The notes beneath the pieces were generated by a model. That model was not told the origin of the DNA. It saw only the letters and a program-made list of their open reading frames with translations, and did not search any database. Below are positions 37,743 through 52,549 of a DNA stretch of 64,000 nucleotides, piece after piece (position 1 is the first letter of the stretch; each line of letters opens with the position of its first letter). Source of the DNA: Epiperipatus broadwayi (taxonomy: Eukaryota > Animalia > Onychophora); NCBI GenBank assembly GCA_028023455.1, contig JAQFVV010000005.1, positions 8,184,001-8,248,000 on the forward strand, in the 5' to 3' direction. A program made the translations under genes and the position numbers.

Positions 37743-39690
37743 ATGTCTTCAAGCAACAAGCAAAAATTATCGGATGAAAATAGAATATTTCAAGACCACT
37801 GGGAAGAGGAATATTGGCATTATTTTGTTGTGTTAAATAACAAAGGTTTAGCAACCTGTTTGATTTGTCAAGAAAGTGTCACATTATAAAAATGTAACAT
37901 TGATCGTCATATACCATGAAACATAAATTGTTTAAAGACACTTTTGCTCAAGAGGCTTTAATAAGAAGTGAAAAATAAGCTTCAAGAAATCATTGCAACA
38001 ACAAAATGTTATGTCAGTGGCAATCTTACAAGAAGCAGCGGTGCCACGAGCATCATATGAAATTTGTTATATTCTTGGCAAAAATATGAAACTGTTTACT
38101 GATGCTGAAGTTGTGAAAGAATGGTTCATAAATGTTTTGAATATATTATTTGATAAATTTAATAATAAATCCAAATATTATTACAAATTAAAAAGTACAA
38201 CTGTCAGATTCTACCTAGACATAATGAAGATATTGCAAAACATATTTTTGATATTATAATAGATTTGAAAAACTGCAAATATTTTAGTTTGGTTGTTGAT
38301 TCTAGCACTGACATTTCAGCAACATCACAATGTGCCATTTTTGTCAGATACTGTATAGAATATAATTCAATTTATGATAATTTTTAAAATTTCTTCTTAT
38401 GAAGGATCAAACTAGAGGTAGCGATTTTCTCAATAGTGTTTGTACTTTTCTGGAGAAGAGTAGTATTGAAATAAAATAAAAAATTTCTGTTGTGCACTGA
38501 TGGATGTCCTTCAATGATTGGATCTGAAAAGAGATTTGTTTCCCTGTTTAAAAAGAAATACAATCTAACAAATCTCTTATCATTTCATTGTTTAATTCAC
38601 CAAGAAAACATGGGGGCATATATATCCATTAAAGAAGTAGATGCTGTGATGAAAATAATCATAAACATTGTAAATTATATTCAAGCCTGAGAATTGAACC
38701 ACAGAAAATTTTAAAATCTTTTAGAAGAAATAAGTAATAATTATGGTGATGTAGCAGAGGTAAGTTTTTGGATCTTTTTTTTTTATTACATCATGAAAAT
38801 ATTCCATTCTTATAACATAATAAAATTTATAATGAGCTTGATTGTGATGGATGGTGGTGTCTTTTAGCTTTTTTTATGTGACATCACAGAAAAAATTTGT
38901 GATCTTAATATTAGTTTGCAAGGTGAAAGTAAAATTATTTCACAAATGGCAAATAAAGCATTGTGTTTGAAGAAAAACTAAATATTTACTATCACATCAT
39001 TTTCCAACATTGACAAATGCTAAGGAAGATGGTATTGAAATTTCTTTAGAAACCTATGTAATTATTTCAAATTATTTAATTACTTTATTGAAAGAATTTA
39101 AAAGTAGATTTCAAGATTTAAGAAATATTAAGAATTATCTCTTACAGGAAATCCCTGGCACTTAGAAATAGCAACTATTAGACAATTAGGTGCATTGGGA
39201 TATGATTACGTTAAGCTATTTGACAAATTTGTTGAATTTAAAAATGACTCAAATTTGGAAGCCATTTTTAAAGAAAAAAAAGTGGAGGAAAGGAGTATGT
39301 GGAATTTTGGAAATTAGTGCTTGAAAAAGATAAAACTCAAAAAGTGTGCACAAATGTTGCTTACATTGTTCACATTGATATGTCTTTGTGAATCATCTTA
39401 TTCAAAAATAAAATATATGAAGAATGTATATAGAAACAGACTTAGTGATTCACACTTTGATGATATATTAAGAGTAGCATAGTAGTTCTTATAAACCAGA
39501 TTTATAAAAAATTGTTAAAAGTTTATCTCGATATCAAAAATCACATTGATATTTAAATAAATGTTTATATCAAATAAAAGTATTTGTGTTTTATTAATAT
39601 GTTAATTCTAAGATATAATAAAGTGATCTACAATCTGTAACAAGTTGAACATTTTTTCATGTGACACTAATTGGTTGCCGATCATTTATA
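37743..39690 (+). mobile_element. Degenerate hAT transposon of the Charlie/SPIN (GTF2IRD2/EPM2AIP1-like) type
   Basis: MSSSNKQKLSDENRIFQDHWEEEY..ATCLICQE N-terminus; FSLVVDSSTDISATSQCAIFVRY; CTDGCPSMIG; SFHCLIHQE; C-terminal CESSYSKIKYMKNVYRNRLSDSHF; ggttgccgatc TIR-like end at about 39673-39687; multiple stops and frameshifts. Confidence 0.88.
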
Positions 39691-39949
39691 TAGCATGATG
39701 CAGCCTGCTTGATGTGGCACACAAATATATGTGTCCCAGGAAAGAAAAAAGTTTAATATGGCTGCTCTAAAGAGTGATTTTGTCCTAGGAAATAGTAAAA
39801 TTATTATAACATTGAGAGGATATCAAAACAAAATCTTCTGCAAATTCATTGTTTGGCACAACATTGATACAATAGTACTTGAGAAGATTCATCATCATCT
39901 AATAATGCATATCATAAAATTCCTTAATTTGCATTGATTACTGAAAAAT

Positions 39950-41300
39950 GCAGCCATCTTATAAAACAAATAACTTCTATTGAAAATAGTTTTAAAAGTT
40001 CTTGCTATCACTATTTGAATATACAATTTTTATGTATGCAATTTACAAGCCCCCCAATGCAACCCAGACTTGCTATCCTCATGAAAATCTTCCTGCAACA
40101 TATGTATTAATAGATTTCAATTGTCTTAGTAATCTTTTTGGATATGTAAATGAGGATCAAACTGATTGTTAATTGTTAGAATTAATGAATAAAAGTAAGA
40201 GCCATTTATTTTATAATACTAAATAACCAGATGAAGAACAGCAACAGTTCATGATTCTTGTTTTGTTACAATAAAAAATAGTTCATCATTACTTAATAAA
40301 CTATTGACAATTGTTATTTCCTTCCCAAAACCACATAAACAAAACTCATGGAATCCACATTCCTATAATTGAAAGTTTTTTATTTGAAATGGAATTTAAG
40401 GAAGGCTAAGTAAAATTGATATAGTGGATATCTTGAACAGAATATTAATAGATTCTTTCTAATTCTTTATTACTATGACAGCTGCTAATTAATTTATCCT
40501 TCATAAATATTGAAAACAATTCATCTCAGGTTGGAACAAAACCAGTATTGCTTTTTATAATGAACATTTGCTTTTTAAAAGAACTACTACTGTTACTGCT
40601 AATGAGGTTATCAATATTATAAGTCAGACTTTTAAACTCTAAGATTGACAGAATGAGAAAAAAGCATCATTAGAATAGAATGTTTGATTAAATCAATACC
40701 TACTCTTGAATATGTTTTTGTCTTAAAATAGGAAATTTCTAAGAGCAGATAGCATACTTCTAAGGTTTTTAAATTGACAAGATTATTCAGAAGAATTAAT
40801 CTTACTAAAACTATTTCAAAAATTTGGCATTGAAGCAAAACTATAGCAATTTTAAAATTAAATAAATCTAGCAATGAGAATTATTATCCAATACCATTAT
40901 TATATGCTTATTATAAGTTTTTTGGAAAAACAAATCATATTAAGAATTTTGCCAATAGTTGAAAGTCATCTACATTTAGATTCGGATCGGTTTAAACTAG
41001 AATGAAGCTGCTATGAAAATTTTTGATCTTTGAAAACTCACATTCAAAAAAATTTTCAAATAAATTAAAAATTGGATTCTATTTCAACTTAGAATTCTGC
41101 TTGGAAAAATGGTCTTCTAAAAATTTTAAATTAAATTCAAAAAGACCAATAATTTTCATGACAAAATGCTCTTCATTTTGATAATCATAGTAAATACAAA
41201 ATGTTATACAATAGTTTACCAAAAGAGTTCAATTTTTTCATTTACTATATTTAACATATTCATAAGCAATATTCCCCCTAAGAGTATATTGTTTTAGAAC
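39950..41300 (+). mobile_element. Very degenerate APE-RT LINE remnant (different from the 54-62 kb family)
   Basis: Scattered motifs in the expected order: YAIYKPPN (about 40035), IDFN, TIDNCY, RPIIFM (about 41145). Confidence 0.45.
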
Positions 41301-44029
41301 TAAAACACAAGATCTGAGCACAGTAAGCCATCCAATATGCAGCAAAAAAATGTCAAAATTTAGCATTTATTTGTACATTTACATATAAAATAGTGATCAG
41401 AAAATAACAATGAATTCTTTATAACATTGTATAAATTGCAGTAATAATATTACATATAAAAAGCCTTTTTCAACACCTGGTTTGGTGCCCTTTTCAAATG
41501 TTACTAATCTAATAGAAATGAGTGTATAGATGATTTGTGAGGTTATATAGTGATGTGTGTAGACATATATATATATATAAAGTTAGTAATAAAAATGAAA
41601 GAATATGAAATGGATTTCCATTCCATATTTGAAGGAGATATATAAAATTCTGAATGATAGGAAAGAAAAAATGAATGAGAATATAAGTATAGGATGGAAA
41701 AATAGTAAGTCATTAAAAAAGTTAGTGAATAATGTAGAAATAATAGGAGTGTCAGATATGAATAGTTTATAAAATTATGTGTACAGGTTGTATGATGGTA
41801 TATATAGGTCAGTCAGTGAAAAGTAAGATAGAAAGGGGGAAGGAGCATGACAGAGCAATAAATAGGAGAGATATTAAGTCAGGACCATTTTGTCATTTTT
41901 TAGAAATGGAATGTTATGAAATGTGAAGTGATAAAATATTGTATAAATTATAAAGAAAAGTGAATGAGACAATGTATATACAAGAAAATAGAAAGAAAGT
42001 GTATGAATTTAGTACAAGACTCAATAAAGTTGGGAGGAAAATGGGCATTAAATAAAAATTGGAAAGTGTAAAAAATTTTTTTAGGGATGAAGTTGGTCAA
42101 TAGAGTTTGTGCTAAGCTGATAGGTGAATCACATGACATTTTGAATTAATATAACATCTTGACAAGGTTCAATTTTGAACGAAAGTCGATTAGATGAAAA
42201 TAAATGTATGATTAAAATATATATTATTTATTAAATAGATTATGTTTACATATTCAATTCAGTGAGAAAATATATATATACTTTTTGTTATACTGAAATA
42301 AATAAATATAGATATAAGTGCATATATAATAATGAATATGTGGATTTAAGCATATATGTTTTACATTCCAATTTATTATACAAAATAATTATATAAATTT
42401 AAAGATACTTAATTACATTACATTATTTTATCATCATTAATATTACATGATTACAAATTTATACTTATGTAAAATATAATTCTAACCCTTACATCATTAT
42501 AAATACTGTTTTACAATTTTTCTGAATAAAGTTACTGATCCATTTGGTGCAGGGGTTTTTAAGTGCAATTTTTTAAAAAAAAATTAAATTTGGGATCTTC
42601 CAAAAGTTACAACTAGGATTTTATAAGTAAAAGGGCTCAAACTTGGTAAAAGAAGTTCACAGAGTGGTTAGGAAATGTTTTAAAATTGTTTTAAACATAA
42701 AATTAAAAGATAAAAGTAATATAGTCTATTATTTTATAAATAGAGTATGTTTATTTATTATATTTAAATGCTATAGTTGTTATTTTGCTTAATAAACAGA
42801 GTAAATTAATAATTTAATAAGTACAGTTATAAATAATATTCCTAATATGTTTTAAATAATTAAAACTGTTCAATTATTATTGGAAATTATAAATAACATG
42901 TAATATTTTGAATGGGTCACTTTTATTTACTATGCTATATTCATAAAAATGCATATGTCAATTTAATTTTTATCTCAAATATTTTATGCAATATATTTAA
43001 AATTAATCATTTAGTTAAATTATATTATAGACAGTAATTTAATTTTGTTACAGTATATATGGAAAGTATCATGTGATTAGGTGACTGATTGCTGGGTGTG
43101 GATGCTTTCTAGAACTTGAAAAAAAAACTTCAATTATTATTTTTTATTGTGGGAATAAAATTGATACATTTTGAATACTACAAATAAATTTAAAGATAAT
43201 GTTTGAAGCTAGCTTAGAAATAATATTTAAACTAGCAAATTAAATTAAATACATTATATTAAATATTTTGTTGAAAAATTAATAATTTATATTCTTTAAA
43301 ATATTTTAAATTGCATGAGTAAAGTTGTAGATATTTCATTAGAATTAAATATTCCTGTTAATTTTTATTAAGAGATGATTCATAATTTAAAGTTTAGTTT
43401 TTAAACTATAATTATATAAATATGCGACTTTTTTCGCATTCGTTAGTGAAGCTATAATTATACTTAAAATAATGTGTAATCGGTCTGCTTAGCGCTTTCG
43501 AGATTTAATGTTGGAATCTCATACTCATAGCTTTGTGAATGAATAGAATTTTCATTAGTGAAGAGAAAAACAATTTATTTTTAAACTATGAAATTTAATT
43601 TATTTGCAAATAAGTTGACTGTCTAACTTTATTTGTCCAGTAGAATTGCTGGATAGAAACCAGTATAAAAAGGGAATCATCAAGATCAAGACAGGTTATG
43701 TATTGTAATGTAATAAGGAAAGTAAAAGTAAGTTAAATTGTAGAAAGTTGAAATTTTAATTAATATTTTTTTTTCTCTAAGTTTTTAAATATTAAGGATT
43801 GCCTATTGTTTGCACATAATAAGAAACTACCATTCTCTATCAGGAAATCTACTCAAAACCTTAATTCAAACCTCATTAATAATACTATGGAATGCAAATT
43901 TAATCTAAATGGGAAAAGGATGGCAAATGCTGAAGGTTTTACCATGATAAGTTTATGTTTAATTTATGTAAGAATTATAAAGTTATTTTACATAGTGTGT
44001 TTCAAGAGAGTGAACATCTATATTCTATA

Positions 44030-44800
44030 AGTCTATTTAATAATAAACAGCACTGAAAACATTTTTCTTCTGTATGAAGTGGTTCATGCATTTTTAAATA
44101 AATTTTCCTAGCTATTCTGTAATCACAGAAATTACATTTGAATGGTTTTTTGACAGAGTGGGTTATTTCATGTGCTGTTACACAACTTCTTACATCAGAT
44201 TTGTAATCGCAGAAATTACACTGGAATATTTTTGTCCTTATTTGATGCGTCTCTTCATGCACTTTTAAACTACTTTTTAAAATGCATTTGTAATTACAAA
44301 GACTGCATTGGAATGTTTTCTCTTCTGTATGTTTTTTTTCATGTATTTGTAGAGTATTTTTTGCAAGTCTTGTAATCAGATATTCTACAATAAAAAGGTT
44401 TTTCTCCAGTATGTTGTCGTTCATGCATTATTAAAAGACCTTTATGAACAGCACTGTAATCACATGGTTTTTCTCCTGTGTGTATTTTTTCATGAGATTT
44501 TATACTGCTTTTTACAGTAGCTTTGAAATCACAATAACTACAAGAAAAAGGTTTTTCTCCAGTATGACTTCTTTCATGATCTATTACATGTCTTTTTTTG
44601 AGCAGATTTATAATCGCAAAAATTACAGTGAAAGTGCTTTTCTTCTTTATCATGTTTTTCATGTATTTTTAAGTTTTCTTTTCTATGAGTTTTGTAATCA
44701 CACAAACTGCAATGGAAAGGTTTTTCTATAATATAATTTTCTTTATGCATTTTCAATTTTTTTTTCTATGAGATTTCATGCAGTTTTCACATTAACTACA
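44030..44800 (-). pseudogene. Truncated, frameshifted paralog of the C2H2 ZNF gene
   Basis: Three overlapping minus ORFs (44574-44756, 44339-44662, 44002-44424) match fingers about 2-9 of the 719-aa ORF (ATVKSSIKSHE, AKNTLQIHEKKH, HQIRTKIFQC, HEPLHT); internal deletions; homology stops at about 44030. Confidence 0.9.
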
Positions 44801-47800
44801 CTTAAAAAGTTTTCTCTTTCATTTTTTTCAAAATCATATTTTTTAATCTACTATTTATTATATAAATATATAAGTGTTTTTAAGTCAATATTTTGTTTTT
44901 TATATAATTTAGATAAGTGTTTTTAAGTCAATATTCTGTTTTTTATATAATTTAGGTAAGTTTTTTTTTTTAAAGACTTGTAATTTAAAAGACAGGAAAA
45001 ATTAAATTTGTAGTTTTACAATATATAAAGGCAATCTTTACTGAATTTATAATTTTTTTAGACTGCTTTTTATACAAATTCCTAATTACTTTTTCACAGC
45101 AAGCTTTCAGTATCATAAAATTTCAAAGAAAATATTTTTCTTTTGAATAGTTATTTCATATATTATTAAGATATATAAATAGTAAGTATTTGATATTTTT
45201 TTTTTTTTTTAGAATCGAGTCATACAGAATGTATTCCATGCACTTTGGAAATACAACTTTTTCAGAGTTGAAATAACTTTGTCAACAAATCGGAATATCT
45301 CATGTTGCATTGAAAATCTTTTTTAATGGTTTTTCATGTATGTTTACCTTTCATTTTAATCCAAATTTATAATCATACAAGTTGCATTTAATAATTTTTT
45401 TATGACATTTTCTTTAATGTTAAAATTATTTTCTGCAAAAATCATAGAATAATACATACTTGTAATTTAAAAGCTAAATCTTTTATAAAAGTATACTGTT
45501 ATGTATGTATTACATTGGAAATTTTTTTCTTTCAGTGAAATAGTTTCATAAAATTTTCAAGTGTCTTTGACATCTCACAGTTTGTTTATTTCCCATTAAC
45601 ATTTTATTCATTATTAAACAATTCAACAAGCCAATTCACAATGTCATATACATTAAAACCAATGTTTTTCATGCCAATCTATTTCCCAGGATTATTTAGT
45701 ACTGTATTAGTGTACTAGATTCTGGTCCTCAAAGTAAATGGATTGTGATATCACCTCTGTCTATTACAGGCTTAAACATTTAACTGAATTTCTGAACAAT
45801 AAACCACTTGATTATTATTACTTTCATGGTAGCATATTATTATATTGCATTTCCAACAAATCTTTTTATTGAATCACATTCAGAAAAGGGACAAATTCTA
45901 TAAATTTTTATTATTTGCAATGCAATTTTGTTTCTGTATATATTATGTTTTAGAGAAGCTGTTTATTTCTTATCATCTTTCATTTATCTTTCAATTATAA
46001 GTTGAAAATGGTCTATTTCTGTTCAGAAAATTGTTGTACAGTTATATAAATAAAAATTCTTTTATAACTTTTTAATATACATTCTGACTGACAGCTATCA
46101 AGTATTAAAATCCATAATGAAAAGATAAAAAAAGTTTATGTCAATAATTTTCACTTCATTGATGAGTGATATTACAACTTTAAAAAACTAAAAATGAAAA
46201 TTGAAATTCAAGTTTATTTTCTAGACATTTTTAATTTAATAAATATCTGTGACACACATACAAAAAACAATCACATTTCTTTAAATATAAAAAGAATGCA
46301 ACAATTGTGACAAAGATATATCTAATCAGAGATTACTTTTAAAAGTTCCACACATTGGTGTCTTCCATTCATCAAACAACTTCAAAGTAGGTAAATTCAG
46401 AAAAATCATTCAACTTATTATTAAACTGTAGCCATGTTTAAATCCATTCACATATATAAGTACTTTGAAAGTATCTTTTTTTATTTCAAACAAAAATAAT
46501 TTCTTATTTATCTAATCATGAATGTATGGAAATTCTTTTTAAAAAGTAGTGCAAATAATGAAGAAAGACCCAATAGTAATTCTTGATCATTAAAATGGAA
46601 GTTTTGGAATTGCTTGCCAATCCCTTAGCTCATTTACTCTGAAATTTAAAATTGTGTCTAAACTGTAAAGAGTGATTTTCTCCATTAACATATTAGTACA
46701 TAACACAATTTGGAGTCTTCATGTAAGATTCAGTTTTGCATCAGAAATGCACTATCAACATGGATCATCTGCTCTTATACTTTTTTATCGTCATGATTGG
46801 AAAACAATTATTCACAAACATAATTTAATGTACTTTGAACAACAACAAAAAAGATTCTATAAGTTATAGTTTGTAATGGAAGTTACTTACATAATAAACA
46901 ACAATTCTAATGATTAAATAATACTGTAGAGCAACTTTTATCAGCAATTATAAGAAATAAAAACCAATCATTGATCAATAAATCACAAATTTTTTCATTT
47001 GGGAAGATAGGTGTCATTTTAACTTCAGAATCCAGAGAAACACATAAGGGAATTTGAATTAGCCAATGGGTTACGCTTATATTCAACAGCCAAAGTGTGT
47101 AGCAGTTGTTTTGATGAATATCATTACCATGATGAAACTTATTTTGTTAAAAAGAACAGCTACTATTTATTATCAACCTACAAAAAAAACAAAAAGAAAA
47201 AATTCTGAGAATTTTGACATCATTCCATATGAAAAACCAAACATAAATTTTGTTTAAACCTGCAAATACAGAAACTATAAAACATATTCTAAACAATGTA
47301 ATTTTCATTTAATAAGTGATTATGTGAACCTGAGCATTCTTCATTCTACTTCAGAGCCATTTAAAACAAATCAGTAAATAACAGATGGTCATGCTATTAT
47401 ACCTATATTCCTATACCCTTTTCTGATTTATGACCTTTATTAGTAAGTACTTTGAATTCAAAGCATCGAGTAACCACCTTTAATTATTATGCATAGTTTA
47501 AGTTAATAAAATATAAAATTATGATTTGATAGTATTAACAATGTTAAAAGTATGTGACTATGTATTACCCTGCTGGAAAATGATCTCACTAAAATTATCC
47601 AAAAAATGCACCTACACACTTCTTCCTCATATCTTCTAACCATGAGCATGCCCATAATATTTACCAAGTTTATGATCTATTGTAATCAAAGGAATATTAT
47701 GATTTCTATTAAAATGTCTACATCAGCATCAAATATAGCCATGATAAACATTGTTCCTAGTGTAATAATGGTAAAGAGATTATGTTATATCAAATTTCAA

Positions 47801-50407
47801 AGATAGGTGAATATGAAGATATAATTTTGCCACAGGTTATTATGCCAATTTTACTTGGGATTATTATTAATACCATTATTGCTTGTCAAATGATGTCTTG
47901 TCCAAATTAGCATATATCTGTTTATATCAGACACTATAATTATTACAAATACTTTTCTGTGTTTATTGTAACATACTGATGCATAAGAGCTATGACTGGA
48001 TAAATTGACTGACTATATAATTATTTAAGATCATTTTAAGAAAACAAAATAATAATGTTGTTAAGATCTCATAAGCATGTTTGTTTATTGAATATACTAT
48101 AATAATACAAAACTCTACTATATACTTTCCTTAAATTTCTAAAAATTTGTTTAACCTTATATCTTCTGCAGCTTATATATGATACAACTATCATGTGAGA
48201 TACTGCTATGTTACTTTCATCTGACAAATCAATTTTTAAGTCATACAATAAATATACAATTTCAGAAATATAGGACTCATTATATCTCTAATTATATTTT
48301 TGAAATACTCATGACTATTCTTAAGATCATATAATCACTTTTCTTTTCTACATTTTTACTAGTATCTTTTATAGTTTCTTCCTTCAACTTTTATAATTCA
48401 TTTGTCTTACAAACTCAATTTCATTTTTCTTCAGAAATTTTTCAATAAATAGCTCACTTATATTATTTTTTAATATGTCTGTATTTCTAATCTTATTCTG
48501 CTAATCTTTTCCACATTTCTTCAAACATCTCTCTAAAACTTTCATCCTGTCTCCTCATTTTTCCTGTCTACATTTATTCTTGATACCAATTCTAACAAAT
48601 AATTTTATTAAATCTAATTTTAATGAGTCACAGAATTATCCCATACTCTTACTAAAAACTTGTTTGGAGGATTACAATTTTCACTCTAATTTCTTCATTG
48701 TTATTCCTAGCATCAAGCCCTCTCCAATGCTTATTATTAAAATTTATTTTCATAAGCTAATTCATAATTTTACTAATTTTCATCAAGTTTTATCATTCCT
48801 ACATAACATTTTATTAATCTCATTCCTTCTATTTGCAGACTCCACAATTTTATGAATAAATTTAATTGACTTAATAAAGCTATTATCTAATTGTAATTTT
48901 ATTAAAATAATAATTAGTCAATAATTATCTAAATATGTATTAAACAAAACAAAAAGATAATAAAAACCTTAATTTTATATTTAATAAAATACTATTTAAG
49001 CTTCAATCAGCTACTTATATACAAATTTATACTTTATATACAAAATATATTCTTTTTCAGTATATCTTAAAATAACATTTCAATCTAACAAATATCATTT
49101 GAAGAAATAATATAACAATTTCTAATTTTTATGTCTTTATCTCTTCAATATTTTTAGACTCTCTTATCTTTTATAAAATGAATATGGCTTTTCTGTTTAA
49201 AAAAATATCTACTCTATCATAAATGCCTATTCAAGATCATCAATACCATCATGTTGAAATGAAATTTATTTCTGTAGAATTTTAAATACTGAAAGAAAAT
49301 CTACTGATAAGTCTTTTAAATTATTAATTATGCTACAAACAACTGAAATTTTATCAATTCCTTGAATTGGTAACTTTTGATTTCAAAACAACTTATTTGT
49401 CTACTATTACACAATCTATTTCATTTTTACTTCACAAACATGGTTTTCAATGAATACTGAATGACGTTTTATATATATTATATAAATTCCTTTATGATTT
49501 CCAGTTTTTCAATGTAATTAATTTTTTTTTACTAATAATTAATCATTTTATCTCTGATTACCACCTTATTTAGGTGATCCTATTTTATCTATCCAATATA
49601 AATCAAATGTTGTTTTTCTTTGTAACTCTCCATTTTTCTATATTTCTATTCAAATAGCATTTTGCTTCTTCAGCAATTATAATATTGATTCCATAAAGAG
49701 ATATGAAAGTTAACGAAAAATTAAGCTATATGAGATTAATATCCTAGTGAGTTCTTTTTATCAGTATATATTATTGAGCCCCATGACATCAACTACCTTC
49801 TATCAATAACCTAATTAGACACTTTTTAAGAAGTTCTGGATCTCATATAATAAAGAAAATTGAGTCTTTTATATATGTTATGTATTTATTCTAGTGCTGA
49901 CCAACTCATTCCACAAGAAAAAAAAAATTATAATTCTAGAATTAGATTGAACCCCTTTAAGCAGTATATCATGACCCTACTATAATCCAAGTTATAAGCA
50001 GGTCACTGATTTGACACTCATATTTGTATTAAAACACTAACGTGAGTGATTTTACATAATTACTTCTGCAAGAGTTGGAATTATAATCCACCACACAGTG
50101 CCCCTCATATTCTTTACAATCTTATACTTTGACAAAAATATAATCATCTCTTCACTCCCTCGCCCTACCCTCACAATCGACCCTTATTTATCCAACAAAT
50201 AATCTCTCAGATAAATATAACTCTATCCTCAAACTCTTTCTTATCATACTTATGAAAGATTTCAACATGCTATACTCTGAATTTGTCTCATATATCTTCA
50301 CCACATCAACAAAAATTTAATGAGTGCTGAAGGATTTTCCCTGTCACTGCTTTTTCATTTTATATCTAAAAATCCCACTGAACCTTCATTTTTATTATTA
50401 ATTTTCT

Positions 50408-50516
50408 CCAATAAACATCACATGACCATCACTTCTTATGCTTGTGTATAACTGTTGTTAAAACAGGCAAAACTCACTATATATATTGCCACACACAGCA
50501 AGCTAGAGTAATCAAT
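50408..50516 (-). mobile_element. 3' fragment of the hammerhead-bearing repeat family
   Basis: Reverse complement attgattactctagcttgc...gtgagttttgcctgttttaacaacagtta...agcataagaagtgatggtcatgtgatgttt matches the body/tail of the 6451 and 7656 copies. Confidence 0.75.
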
Positions 50517-52309
50517 TTTATTAATTTTCTCTACAGCATATCAGTTCTCTGACCATGTAGCTCTTAACATTAAACAAAATATTAATTTGAAAATCAGTCC
50601 ATTAATGCTTAAATGCAAAAATACTGTTATGTTAGACCTTCTCTTAAAGGCATCTCTATACCAGAAAGTTAATTCTGAAATATACATCCTCATTCAAAAA
50701 AAATTAATATTTTTTCAATACACCACACTGAAACTAGGCTTGCTTTCCTTAACATTATTGACTCAGTAGGTATTATATAAAACAAAACAAATCAATCATA
50801 ATCTTAAAGTGCTTGACATGTTATACCATAAACTAAAAATTACTTCAGTGATCACATCTCTATCCTCTATATTATCACTTTAAACAACAATAGAAAAAAC
50901 CTCAATTACTACTTGCTGAACACCTCTCAACTAAAAATACAAAAATCGTTTTAGTTCAATATCATAATTTATCCATAGAATCTCATATACAAAGAAAAAA
51001 AATTACTCCTTCATCCATTGTAAAAAATAGTCATTCATTTACAGGGCTACTATTCTATCAATTCAAGGCCAAATTTCAATCTTCTCCTCTTATATGAATA
51101 CCTATTCTTTTTGATACAATAATTCTTATCACAAAATTAGTCTATTCATTTCCTGATAGCATACATCTTGGTTCTCATGCAATCACAAATTCATATTACT
51201 AATCTAAGCTTCTATTAAATCTATTCAATCATCTCTAAACAAGTGTACCAAAGCGAACAATTATATCCTGTCTTTTTAGTATCTTTTCTTAAAAAAAATT
51301 TTCTGTCATCCTCTCTAATAACTTAGACACTATCTCCATGACCCTAATTTTAATCAAAATCATAGAATCCATTATCAAAAATAAAATATAATTCATTATT
51401 CTGCCATTCATGTCATCTTTTCAATTCATACAAAAAGGATCACTTACCATTACAGCCATTAGTCTTTTTAAAACAATTATAAGTGAAACTCTAAACTGGT
51501 CCACTTGCTGTTAAATTAGGCATTGCAACTGTCTTTAACTCTGTCTCAGTTACACAACATCTCTGCTCCTATACTATATATTCTCATCAACCTCTTCACA
51601 ACAGAGAAATTATCCATTCCTACCTGGCTTCAGTCCTCATAATTCCTTCTCCTAAGGATCCCCTCTTAGCAACTTTTATTTATAATTTATATTAATCTTG
51701 TTATTAGAAAACAAAATAAAAACATTAAGCACATTTTCTATATGGATAATCTTGTCATCTTTCTCCTTTCTAAAAAAATTCTTTCCTATAATATCAACAA
51801 TCATTGAAAATTATGCAAAACAATACAAACACTACTTCAAACTCAATTGTCTACATAGAACACCTCAACTGGAAATAGTATACTTTCCACCTTCCTAGTA
51901 TTTCCTAGGCTTTTTCATTTACAAAACTACAAATGCTACAAGAATTTCAATTCAAGTCATGCTATTTACATCCATTGAAATCATAACCAATTCCCTATCT
52001 AAAGCCTACCTACTATTACATGCCAATATCACTTCATTAATATCCCTAATATTCCACAAAACATCATATTGCAGAATTACATTATCTGTTTTTTTTTTTA
52101 AAAAGAAAAGAATTCCTTATGCACTAAATTGATATGAGGCAGGAAGGCTGTGATGATAAATATTAAAACCATGCAAAAACATGTCAATAACTATGAATTC
52201 TCACTTCAGTCTATCTCTGTAATCCATTTGAAAAGAATATTAGTTAAATGTAATAGTTAAATTTCTAACCCTTTCCCAGATTCTCAAAAATTTATTTGCA
52301 TCACTCCAG

Positions 52310-52549
52310 AAACATCATATGATCGCCATTTCTTATGCTTACACAAGCTATTTACCTAGAGTCTAAACTCTCCATACCTAAGATCTAGACAACAGTGCTC
52401 TCAAATCCAAGATTCCTCACTGATGAAAGCCACAAGCTAAAAACTAGTCTGGGAATACTGGATGAGTAGGCACTAGATAGGGATTTTATGCATTCATTGA
52501 TTACTCTAGCTTGCACTGGTGGCATTATTGTATGAAGAGTTTAGTCTCT
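52310..52549. mobile_element. Fold-back copy of the hammerhead-bearing repeat family
   Basis: 20-bp inverted repeat (2 mismatches) at 52358-52377 and 52530-52549; inverted tail at 52310-52345; ribozyme motif inside. Confidence 0.75.
52413..52455 (+). ncRNA. Minimal type I hammerhead motif, catalytic G12 mutated
   Basis: TTCCTCA-CTGATGA-a-AGC-cacaa-GCT-a-AAA-ACTAGT-C-TGGGAA; palindromic stem III ACTAGT and GUC intact, GAA changed to AAA; stem II shows compensatory AGC/GCT versus GGC/GCC of the 7956 copy. Confidence 0.65.

Noticed and set aside
47023-47208. Plus-strand open frame with AKVCSSCF, reminiscent of a THAP domain
   Set aside because: Lacks the conserved Trp, His and Pro pattern and a start codon; the paralogous copy reads AKLGSSFF.
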